The notes below the pieces were generated by a model. It had not been told where the DNA came from, did no database searches, and saw only the letters and a program-made list of their open reading frames with translations. DNA of 34,361 nucleotides from Paraglomus brasilianum (Eukaryota): assembly GCA_910592345.1 (NCBI GenBank), contig CAJVPI010000343.1, positions 1-34,361 on the forward strand, written 5' to 3'. Position 1 is the stretch's first letter, and every line of letters begins with the position of its first letter. Of this stretch, positions 1 through 10,240 are shown piece by piece. Made by a program: the position numbers and the translations under genes.

Positions 1-131
1 ATAATCGAAATTTACTAAGTTCGATCGAATTAAAGGAAGAAAAATCATATGAAAAAATCGGGTCTCACTCAAAGCGATCGAATTATCGGAAAGGTCGAAT
101 TATGGGGGGTCGAATTATCGGCAATCGACTG
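1..131. mobile_element. Right terminus of a pogo/Tigger-like (Tc1/mariner superfamily) TIR element, truncated by the window edge
   Basis: Ends in ...ATCGACTG followed by TA (132-133), i.e. a CAGT-type terminus with a TA target. The subterminal motif TCGAATTAT/TCGAATTA is reiterated about four times, like the motifs in the other TIR elements of the window. Confidence 0.6.
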
Positions 132-137
132 TAATAT

Positions 138-161
138 GCGTGCACTTAGAGGGTTTATCTG
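138..161. repeat. Solo right TIR of the same MITE family as 9184-9770
   Basis: Reverse complement CAGATAAACCCTCTAAGTGCACGC closely matches the left end at 9184, CAGAGAAACCTCTCTAAGTGCACGC. Confidence 0.6.
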
Positions 162-559
162 AATTTTCCACTTGATGACTTTTCTGACCTATTTACAAAT
201 ATATTCAAATTTCTTTTGCTGAGACTTTACCTAACATATTTTTTTTACAAATTAAACACTTTTTTTATTATTCAATTCAATACTCTCATTAAATGAAAAT
301 AACTCTTTATACTCCATAAACCAATTCATTATTTCTCATATTTGATAACATCTACCATATATTTCTTATTTGCATGTTCTTGTGTCGTCCTTTTCTTTTT
401 ACTCATAAAAGTTTATTTCGAACACAGATAAAACGTTATGTACCGGTCTTTATTTATTTTTCAATTTCCATATGCGGGTGCCTTCTTTCAATCTTATTAC
501 CCATAAAAAGCACATGTGATTTGACAGTTAACAGAAGCATGTCAATGTAATTGTCGAAA

Positions 560-1300
560 TTGCAAAAGCAGAACTGGGATATATTAATATTGGACAAATT
601 GTTAATGATAGGGAGTGGTCTCATAGCATTTACTCCACGTGAATGCTCAATAAGCTACAACCAAGGATTCAACCAGAATCAACAATGGGGATGTCAAAGA
701 TTTTGAACTTAATTCAGAAATCATAAATTGTCTATCCAGTGTCCGTAAAACTGTTTGTCAAAGCTGGGGGATGGATATAACTAAAATTTTACATATTTAA
801 CAAAGAAAGCTCGACAAAACTATATTACTGAAGTATTTATTAACAAAAATTCTAGTCACTGGACAATGTTTGATATTGTCGAGTCAATACACGTGGGAGA
901 GCGTAAACATAATGATCTTGAGACTTAACTTTTTCGAATAAGACCTTTGGCTATCTCTGCTAATGTCAAATCTATAATACCTTAACGTTGGGTTTATTAT
1001 ACTCATAATCGGTTTTGTATACGCCAATCCTATTTAATACGTTGATTTCTTTTGATGGGAAAACTTATCGGTCGGGAAATTCTCTCTGCACTAAACGCGT
1101 TTAAAAAAATCAATGACAAGTTCGATCTTATTCGGAAAGGCGATGTAAACCTTTATCAGGGAATGAACGGAATAAATTTATAATTTAACACGAATTTTAT
1201 TAGAAGATAAAGAACCATTTTAAAGGCAAGGAATATAAGAACAATTATTGAATTTGATAGATCTGATATGCTGAAGATACTGTTTGCTAGTGAACTATAA
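560..1300 (+). pseudogene. Decayed coding sequence of unknown family
   Basis: Protein-like open segments in shifting frames, e.g. DVKDFELNSEIINCLSSVRKTVCQSWGMDITKIFTYLTKKARQNYITEVFINKN and GREILSALNAFKKINDKFDLIRKGDVNLYQGMNG. No family recognised. Confidence 0.25.
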
Positions 1301-1450
1301 CTATTGATCGTTTCACTGAATTAATTTATTGTCACGAATTGCGCAGCTATTATTTATAAACCCGATATGTCATAGCTTTATACACTGACAGCGGAAGAAT
1401 AACTTGATCATGGTAGCTATTTCCTAACATGAATTGTATATTCGTTATTG

Positions 1451-1675
1451 TTACGAGGTCTTCTCGATACCATGCTTAATACACTCGTATTTAGTGAACA
1501 TACTCTCTCATCCGTGAGTAAGCATGCTCCGTCATCCCAACCCATAGATTTCATTATCCGCGTTAATTCAAAACATACTGGTCACTGGCAAAAACTCCAA
1601 TCCAGCTTCCACATTAGTGTTATCAATATCTAAAACTTCCAATTTAGTTAGATTTTTCAGATTCACTAAACTGCC
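1451..1675 (-). pseudogene. Leucine-rich-repeat gene fragment readable in genetic code 4 (probably endobacterial)
   Basis: The frame reads GSLVNLKNLTKLEVLDIDNTNVEAGLEFLPVTSMF*INADNEIYGLG*RSMLTHG*ESMFTKYECIKHGIEKTS-TAA. It has an LxxLxxLxxLDIxNT LRR motif, and all three internal stops are TGA (1568-70, 1532-34, 1508-10). Confidence 0.65.
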
Positions 1676-2015
1676 GGGTTACTGATCGCTTGCCTAGAAA
1701 TAATAGTCACTAGGACTTTCATTCCGAGTTGATGGAAAAACTTGCCCTCCTCTGAAATGAAGTAGTATCAACATAACATAACCTTTATAATAAAACCAAA
1801 TTCGTTTGACGATGAATATGAGGGCTAAAGCGTTTTGATAAATCATTAATCCATTCATTCGAACATGCATCAAAGTCATAGTGTTTACAGTCGCCATTTC
1901 CACAAGTTTTACAGTTTAATCTTTATACCATAACGATAAACACAATTTCAGCTTTACCATTTTGGGATAAATAGGTCGACAATTTCTGTCAATACAGGTT
2001 CTAAATAATGATACA

Positions 2016-2896
2016 CAGTCAGTCTCGATGAGCCGGCCAACGGGGCTTATCGAGACGACCGAGTTATCGAGACTCACGTGATGAAAGATATTTAAGTAAA
2101 CAATTTTATTATTAATATGATTTACATCGTAAAATATTCCTGTAAACTAGCTTGTCTTAGAGAATCGACTTGCTTTTTTCATAACCGAGTTTTCGAGTCC
2201 TTTATTGGTCTTTTTTCTTAACTGACGTTGCAAATCTTTCATCCCTGACAGTACAGAACTATTTCTGTATTTACATTTATATCATTCGATTGTTGTAAGT
2301 TCAATAAATTCTGGATGCTTCTAAAACTGTTTTATCTGAAACTAATGGACATTCATCTTCTTCGGTTTCTTCTTCATTTTCAGCTGCCTCCTGAACAGCA
2401 TTGATAATTTCATTGTCATCAATTACCTGAGTTGCTTCTAAAGTTGAGTCAATGTCAATGACATGATCCTGCTCTAATCGTATGATTCAATGACATGATT
2501 CTGCTCTGATCGTATGATTCAATGAGCTCTAATCGCATGATTCAATGACATAATCCTGCTCTAATCGTATGGCATGTTTCAATGACGTATTGTGGTTTAA
2601 TCGTATTAGTATTAGTATGTTTGGTTATTGATTCTAACTATTTGATTTGTTCGATTAATAACATGTTATTTCAACGAATTTATATTGGATAATTGTTACC
2701 GTACGATTTGTGATCAACCGGTTAAAATTGAAGGAAATAGTGTTACGTATTACGAATATCACGTGGGCAGGCTTATCGAGACGCATTCACTAATACCTGT
2801 TGGCCGGCTTACAGATTTACATAGTTTGGCCGGTTTATCGAGAATTTTTAAAGTGAAAAAAACGGCAGAAATTTTTTGGCCGGCTTATCGAGACTG
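2016..2896 (-). mobile_element. Internally deleted pogo/Tigger-like DNA transposon
   Basis: TIRs are CAGTCAGTCTCGATGAGCCGGCCAA at 2016 and TTGGCCGGCTTATCGAGACTG ending at 2896 followed by TA. The subterminal motif GCTTATCGAGAC is repeated. Minus-strand remnant at ~2330-2462, VIDIDSTLEATQVIDDNEIINAVQEAAENEEETEEDECPLVS, resembles the acidic C-terminus of pogo/CENP-B-type transposases. Confidence 0.75.
2455..2605. repeat. Degenerate ~32-bp tandem repeat (about 4-5 units) inside the pogo element
   Basis: Unit TCAATGACATGATCCTGCTCTAATCGTATGAT, repeated with substitutions and one shortened copy. Confidence 0.85.
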
Positions 2897-3446
2897 TAGT
2901 TTGAATTTTCGAGTTCTTTATTAAGCACACATTAACATGGGGAACCCCCTATTTATTGTATAGTTTGAGGATTTATTTATACAGGCCGCTTTGTATTAAG
3001 AGAAACTGTTACCAATACGTACGTGGATATACTATGTGACAATGTGCATATCAATTTAGATTACAAACTTTATTAATTCACTTGCTTTGTACTAAAATTT
3101 ACTTTTGAATGGCATATAATAATGCATAAATAAGCTTAAAAAAAAAAGGTAAACAAACAAACGATTGATTTACCAAAAAATAAATATCGAAATTATGAGC
3201 AGATGCTTATGTTGAATACCACTTCAGGTATCCGTTGCCTTTTTTCTCGAGAAACGAAATACATCGCTTTTTCAATAATAATTTATACACAGACTCTAAT
3301 AGTATTGTTGTGGATGACGATATGTTTGTAACCAAAGCAAGATAGATACGTCTTATTAAAACATGACAATCAATTTTTAAATTAAAATTTCTTTTGTGCT
3401 TTCGCATCGCATAGTCTCCTCTAGCCTCGTCTAGGCTGCCTCTTTT

Positions 3447-3875
3447 TTACTCGGAATCACTGTAACACTTCCAGCAACACAGAGCCTTCAATCCTGGTGT
3501 GCCCATACCGTCGCCAACATCAAACTCTGCATTAGAATAATCTATCTTGTTTTTCTTTGCTTGCGACAAGCTTGGATTCTTATTCTTCTTGGAGTCATTT
3601 TTTTGAGTCATTTCATGATGTTCGTCATCCGCATCCGATGCAGAGTGTGAGTTGTGTTTGCCGGCTTTGTTTTTCGTCTTTTTCCCAACGGGGTCCTTGG
3701 TCACTGTTTTATAAGATTTCTGCGTTCCGTTATCTGCTGGCCTCACAGGATTTATTTTCGGTTTTATAGTTGTGCTGGGATTATGTAAAGACTTGCCTGA
3801 GGAAGCTTGCGTCTTGTGTCTAGCGTTGTTCGAATTGGCTCGGAAAGAATTAGGTACGTTGGGTTTCTGGTCCAT
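3447..3875 (-). CDS. Hypothetical Lys/Asn/Ser-rich low-complexity protein (~142 aa)
   Basis: Long hydrophilic open frame MDQKPNVPNSF...CCWKCYSDSE. A pyrimidine-rich AG acceptor lies just upstream of the ATG at 3875 and a GTAAAT donor near 4005, suggesting a 5' intron. No recognisable domain. Confidence 0.4.
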   Translation of the reverse strand: MDQKPNVPNSFRANSNNARHKTQASSGKSLHNPSTTIKPKINPVRPADNGTQKSYKTVTKDPVGKKTKNKAGKHNSHSASDADDEHHEMTQKNDSKKNKNPSLSQAKKNKIDYSNAEFDVGDGMGTPGLKALCCWKCYSDSE

Positions 3876-5418
3876 TGGTTCTTTGAGAAATAAAAAAGCG
3901 AATGTAAAGTCACTGTCAAACAGAAAAGACATATGTCGGTCTTATATACATTTGTAAGCAGTATAAACTAATAATAGTTGTTCAGTCAAATGAAGTGTTA
4001 TTTACCTTAAATTGAATGCATTTTCCTAGGGGTGCTTTCAAAAAATTGAAATGATGATCGAAATGTGCGATCGATGAGATGAGGTGAGGTGAGATGAGGC
4101 GAGTGGGATGGGGTTGATCGCAACTCGACCAACTGACTTTGATAATTCACGCAACGCAAAGCAATGTTCTTGTAATGTCTCAAAGTGGAGAGAGTGTTTA
4201 GAGACGTTTTTACGCATCGACAAGGTCGGTTTACATATCAAGACGTTCTTACCATTTTTGACAGCATACAATGTGTATTTTTATGTACAGCGAAAATCTA
4301 TTCTCATGTGAACATTTTTTTCTGCGAGTACACGTGTGGCTATAGTGTGTAATGATTGGCTGCGCACAAAAACATGGTTAATAATGTACTATCCAAATTT
4401 AGTGGTTTGTTCTGCAAACAGCGTTCCGCCATCGACGACGACGCACATAGAGAATTAGCTGTACCGAGACCCTTTCACTTCACATGAAGCCTTGTGTATG
4501 TCAGTTATTTTCACGGTTGTAAAATACTTTTATTTGTCGAAATGGTCAAGACTTCGTCTTACTATTCATGTTGCATACGTACAACGTAGGATGGTAAACA
4601 GAAAAACTTTGAATCAATAACCTTATGCTTAATTAATCCACGGTGCCAATCAAAAAAAACAAAACAAACGGTTTTTTTTAACCGAGATAATTGAAGAAGG
4701 GGACACAGACGTTAGTGCAGAAGTCAAAAGTGCTGGTTAATATTAATCAGTAAATGGTTAATCACATGATTATGAATCAGCAGACTTTTTTGGTCGTACA
4801 AACTATATTCTTTAATACCGACAGGGTTTACAATTTACTCGTCAACAAGCAGAGCAACTGTTATTTTACAATAAGAAAGTATCTGTGCTGTATATCTATC
4901 GTCATTTACTGCGGACAATCGATATTACAAATTAATCGACACCAGGAATGTGCTGGAACATACCACATAGAAAAGTCGTTTGAAATTCAAATGCCAAACT
5001 CTATAAGTAAATTAGTGATATATTTTTATTTGCTTTCGGGTTACACTATCGCTACTTAAAATTCAATTAAAAACAATTTGGTTTATTAATTAGGGACATT
5101 GGTGTACGAGTTGTAACCAAGTATGAGTATTCCGATCGGATTAACAAACATATATGGAATTTTGAGGCAACTGCAGCCAGTTTCTTACAGACCATGTTAG
5201 ACTAGTCTTTTTTTCGCGAATATTTTTCCGTGTATAACAAAAACGACGTTTTCCCCCGCCCGTTGCAAAGTGTACAAATCATAAATGTACGGAATAATTA
5301 CGTGGGTGGAATCACGGAACACTTATTCCTGGCAAGCTTTGTTGGATGTTATCCGCGTTTGTGGCTATTGAGTCGTTGAGAAATTTAATATATATGTTAT
5401 ATTTATTGGCTAACTATG

Positions 5419-5540
5419 GACCCGTTTCGGGATTGGCATATTAGAATAGTTTCTTGCACCAATAAACTACAAAAATTGTGTGATAACGTCAAGACAATCT
5501 TGAAACCGGTTGACTCGTTCTCAGATCCCAGAAACGGGTC
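5419..5540. repeat. Short inverted repeat pair, possible tiny MITE
   Basis: GACCCGTTTCGGGAT (5419-5433) pairs with ATCCCAGAAACGGGTC (5525-5540), with one indel. Confidence 0.5.
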
Positions 5541-6174
5541 GCAACATATATGTCAATAATATACAAATCTATAATATACTTGCAGAAAGCGCGGGCTTAT
5601 CAAATTCTTCTTCCGATTATTCTCTTTGCATGACGCGATGAGTTTGGGGCTACGTATTAGGCTACGTATATCTGGTAATATTCCCAATAGTAAAGCTAGT
5701 CGGCCGTAGCCCATTTATATAAACGCAAATAAGGAAAATGACAGGTAACCGGCCAAAGCAAATGTTGTGGGTACAAACCTGTTAGCGTTAACAACAATTA
5801 GAGTAAACTCTTAAATTTGGGCAAGATTGAATACAACATTAAAATGAATATTCTACTAATATGTACTAATACGTTGACAAAAAACGGATTTCAAACTGCT
5901 GGCCTTGGCATCGACCAAAGTATACCATTACGACGATTATTGGATTATTGCCAGTGCATCTAGTATGTAATCTTGATTATAAGACTTGCTCCGAAAGCTG
6001 TAAAGTGGTGTCAAAAGAGTCGTTGGCATAAAGAGAGGACCGGTTGCCAGAGAAATTTAGCGTTATTGAAATCTTGGATATGGGCGCATAATGCGACACC
6101 GTAGTATATTATACGGTTAAATGTTGTAAAGATTTGATAACTATGAAGTTGATAACCTGGTTGAGTTTGACTAG

Positions 6175-6330
6175 ATTACTTTCTCCAAAAATCTCATCGC
6201 AAAACAATTTTAATTGAGCAAGTTCATTAATGTCAATGCTGATAAAAATAACACCGTCATCTTTCATTAATTCTTTAGCCAATCCCAATCTTTTTCGTAT
6301 AGATGAAATTCAATAACTATGCTGAAAGGG
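6175..6330 (-). pseudogene. mod: Fragment of a bacterial type III restriction-modification DNA methyltransferase (Mod, N6-N4 MTase), code 4
   Basis: Translates as PFQHSY[TGA]ISSIRKRLGLAKELMKDDGVIFISIDINELAQLKLFCDEIFGESN. This matches the Mod consensus FRHSxWLSFMxxRLxLAxELLxDDGVIFISIDDNExAxLKLLCDEIFGExN, and the TGA (6310-6312) sits at the conserved Trp. Confidence 0.9.
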
Positions 6331-6429
6331 GTAGTGTGAAGATCGGTAAAGTAAGGTACAAGGAAAAGTTATAATACGAATTAACAGCCTATAAATATGA
6401 GCGTGTTAAAAATGCGATATGTTATTGGT

Positions 6430-7020
6430 TATTATGTATTATACATTGCATATAGGATACGTATTGTATTTTGACAAGCTCGTGTTGTAATTCCGATTTG
6501 AGTAACAGTTCTCGTGGTCTTGTGTTCCGAGCCCCTCATTATTCTATGATCTACAACGTACATTCTGCAACATCTACTTTTGTCTTCAAAAGCAAATACG
6601 TGATAGTAACAATTTATGTTAGAATGGGGGGAAAGCCAGTGATAGGTGTTCATTGGTCTGTTCTAAGTTGTTGGAATGAGCAATTAATCTCGGCAGTTGA
6701 TTCTAAGACCATACATACATACATTTCGACATCTAATATAAAACAATATAATACAAAATTAATATAAAATTGATACAGTACATTGTTAAAGTTATTAAAC
6801 TTACCATGTTTTCTTTTTCTGTTGCCCATACATAACCATCTAACTCGTCATTAAAGACCACAATTACTGGTTTGGTCACCTAAATAACAAGAATTGTTAA
6901 AGTTACATTTGTTACTTTTATTGTTTGAAATCACAGATAACAGTCGACGCTTACTTTTACATGGTATTATTTTTTATCTTGATGTCCTCATCAAGAATGA
7001 CGCCTTCATAAGCATAGAGT
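6430..7020 (-). pseudogene. Spliced host pseudogene of unknown family
   Basis: A clean 75-nt internal exon (6879-6805, VTKPVIVVFNDELDGYVWATEKENM) is bounded by TTTAG and GTAAGT, with GTAAGC and TATTAG sites flanking. The neighbouring exons carry in-frame stops. Confidence 0.4.
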
Positions 7021-7510
7021 CATAATAATCCACAGAAAACTTTTTCCGCTCAATGGATTAATTGATAATTTTTCTGAAAGTAAAAGCAAGAATTGCTCGC
7101 GCCTCCGTGATTAGAAAAGTGCATATGATCACGGCTACAATTAAATTGTGAAAAAATAATAATTAAAGTGCATGATAACTTAGAATGCTTACCAACATGC
7201 AATTTTTGTGTGTATGTACAAATGGGAAGTTTTACTGTCTCACATAACCATATTTCAAGATCCTCTTACGTAAAGTTGCTAATGTTTTCATACAGCGTCG
7301 CAGATAATCGGGTTTCGCAACAGTATCGTCATTTATATTTTGGAGCTAAAAAGAGAGTAAACAAAACTGAGATGTGGCATGTAGTAAACAAAACAACAAT
7401 ATAAAGACAAGTAAACAGCATTCCATTAAGAAAGGTAACATCTTGTAAAGAGAAAATAGCTTTCCCATTGAGAAAAAGAGAATGTTATGCTTACCTAAAT
7501 TTCATTCTAG

Positions 7511-8860
7511 TTAATAATTAAAAGCAAAAAAAAAAGTCTGTGTATGCTTATTAGCCTTCATATTGTGTTGACTCAGAAAAGTTTCAATCTCTCGTGCAGA
7601 AGACAGTGACTGTATCCCAAAACCAAGTTCTTCGCCAATGGCTTTTTTGATGTAATAGGCATTCATTTTGCCTGGATTAGCTGGAATATTATTTTCTTGT
7701 CTGTATCTGTGAACAGATTTTTCGTCTAATTCAAGAGATGTTTGAGATTGTAGAATGTCATGAATGGAGAAGCTAGTTCCATCGGGTGTGTTGACTGTGT
7801 CGGATCGCCACACATGGAAGAGCGTTTGTGAACGACCTTGGGATCTAGCGTTTTCCGGCGGACCTTAGCCTGTCCCTACTATCGCTAAATCTCTAGCCAA
7901 TTAGTGACGACCTAATAGGCTTTATTGATACTCACGGACTAAATTCGACTATCTGTATACGCCATCTCTGGATTTTATTTAACCTCTGAGTCAAACAACG
8001 ATTATGATTCGCTAGGAATTATTAACGAAAATCTGTCGACGCGTTAAACCAATTGAAATTCAATGAGTTCTGTGGTGGCAAGATCAAAAGCAATTTAATA
8101 CTTAACCAGTGATCTATGGTTTGGGAATAAAATCAGGAAGATAACCAATATATTTAATATTCCAACACTTCGTTTATTAAAATATAAAAAACTATTCTAA
8201 AAGGACAAATATTCGAAAGAACTGAAGATAATGTTCAGAACAAACGATAGTAGCATAAATCTTGCTTTGATATCAAATGTATCCATCAGGTATTCTATAG
8301 CGAATGAATATAATCAACAGTTGATGACTAGATTAACCAGTCTATAGACGTAACGACAGACGCTCTTTTTTCAGGCATGCCTGATTTAATACTTCTATAA
8401 GGCAGAGCCTAAAAATGGTGTACACTGCTTGGAGGATCTGTTTATGCTATTAGGTGTATTGATTGTATAACTCTTGCTTCCACCAACAAACAGACTGGTA
8501 CTCTTTGGTGTTGATCGTAATTTGGTGGATGATTGGCTTTTTGGTTGGCTTGACCACTGGGCATTTGCAGCGTTCCACTTTAAACCAGTTGCACGTTTAA
8601 TGAAGTTAATATTCTTATTATATTTCTTAATCATCTGTGTAAGAAAATTTTCATTACTTCCAAGTGTTTTTTCTTGCATTTTTGATAACTTCTGTTTGTC
8701 TTGTCTGTCAGCTACTTTCATGATATTGGCAGCTTGTGTTGTGTATGCAGATTCGGGGTAACCGATGTGCCTCCTTGTAATAACATCCAACTCATAGCCG
8801 AAGCTAACTGAGCGTCTCCCAAAAAGACCATAATCCGAGATGATAGTCTAGTGCCTATAA
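7511..8860. other. Intronless patchwork of protein-like ORF fragments on both strands, unknown (possibly viral or other foreign) origin
   Basis: Minus-strand frames at ~8850-8395 and ~7863-7511, with plus-strand frame pieces at ~7861-8345 between them. No splice signals and no motif I can name. Confidence 0.3.
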
Positions 8861-9183
8861 TTTTGTGGATGATTGGCCTAACAAGCATTTTTGACGGTCT
8901 GTCATGGGGGGAAAAATTAATTGATAAGTTGTGTCGTTGTTGAGCGTTAATAAGGGTTCGTCGTTTGAGGACTTGTTCGTGAGTTGTAGCAACTGTCGTA
9001 TGCGTGTAATATGGAGGAGTGGCGACAAAGGTGTGTTGCGTTGTGTAGATAACGTTGTATTGCGCTTTTGAGGAAGAGGTTTTTATGAGCGCATTGGAGA
9101 GTAGCGTCTGGGTATGTATATATGTACACGTGTAGACAAATGAATGCTACCTTATAAGCATAAATATTGTATATTGTTGTTTA

Positions 9184-9770
9184 CAGAGAAACCTCTCTAA
9201 GTGCACGCTCTCTAAATGCACACCCTCCCTAAATGCAGGTCCCGAGCTTGGATATTTGTATTCTGCACGTGCAATAATTTTCGGTCCTGTCCATATAATA
9301 ATAAACTATATATGTAATCCCTAAATGCACGCACGTGATTGTTGTTTCTATTGACCAATTATATTATTAACATTCTCTTTGTAATTGAAATTTGAATCAT
9401 TGTTGTTGTTCGTGGATGTGGTTGTTGTTCAAGATTGACGCCACAGATGTGAAATAATCATTAACAAGCTCAGAAAATGTACGTTTGTTTTTGTTACAAC
9501 AGGAGGATAGACAAGATTTGTTAGTGGGGAAAAAAAGTAGTCAATAAAACAAACAACCATAAAATTAATTAAATAATAAATTGACCATATTATTATACAA
9601 ATAACCATTCTCTCTAAATGCACACCCTCTCTAAATGCACACCCTCTTTAAATGCACACCCTCTCTAAATGCACACCCTCTTTAAATGCACACCCTCTCT
9701 AAATGCACACCCTCTCTAAATGCACACGATTGTCTGGCCCTAATGATATGCACTTAGAGAGGTTTCACTA
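9184..9770. mobile_element. Non-autonomous pogo-like MITE with TA target-site duplication
   Basis: TA|CAGAGAAACCTCTCTAAGTGCA ... TGCACTTAGAGAGGTTTCACTA|TA: a 22-bp TIR with 2 mismatches. No convincing ORF inside. Confidence 0.85.
9610..9728 (+). repeat. 7 x 17-bp tandem array of the TIR core motif
   Basis: Unit CTCT(C/T)TAAATGCACACC, seven contiguous copies with no spacers. Confidence 0.95.
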
Positions 9771-10240
9771 TAATTGTTTCCGTGACAGTAAATAAAAACA
9801 ATAGTATCAATGTAACATATTAACAAGTCTGATAAGCACATGTATTAAACTGATCTATTTGACAATGATGACAAAAGCACTCATGCAATATGATATCGGC
9901 GTGACCCATGTCCCGTCGGTATTCTTGTCAAAGGTACTAGTGCAATTCGGAAGATAGTAAATCCACGCATGCTGACATCACCTTTTGTTTATAACCATGA
10001 GATCGACATATTATTCTGTGATGTAATCGGCAAGTCGCAGTAAATCGTCCGAAAATGTTAGGAAAAATTTTTTGTCGGTTTATTCTTTCGCGAACCTGTA
10101 TAGCAAAAGGGATATTATTGACAAGTAAAACTATACATTTACTAATTGTTTGAAAGCAAGACGGCGCAGGATTGTTTCTACTGAAAAACACGAAGTGTAT
10201 ATTTTTAGCTTTTTTTTTTCTGCCCTCATTGGAATAATAA

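Noticed and set aside
7740..8310. Minus-strand frame with about ten TAA/TAG and no TGA, suggesting a TAR=Gln code
   Set aside because: These can equally be TTA/CTA Leu codons of plus-strand fragments; no homologue anchors the frame, and host genes in the window end in TAA/TAG.
9610..9728. Regular short repeats as a possible CRISPR array
   Set aside because: Units are contiguous with no unique spacers, match the MITE TIR core, and no cas genes are present.
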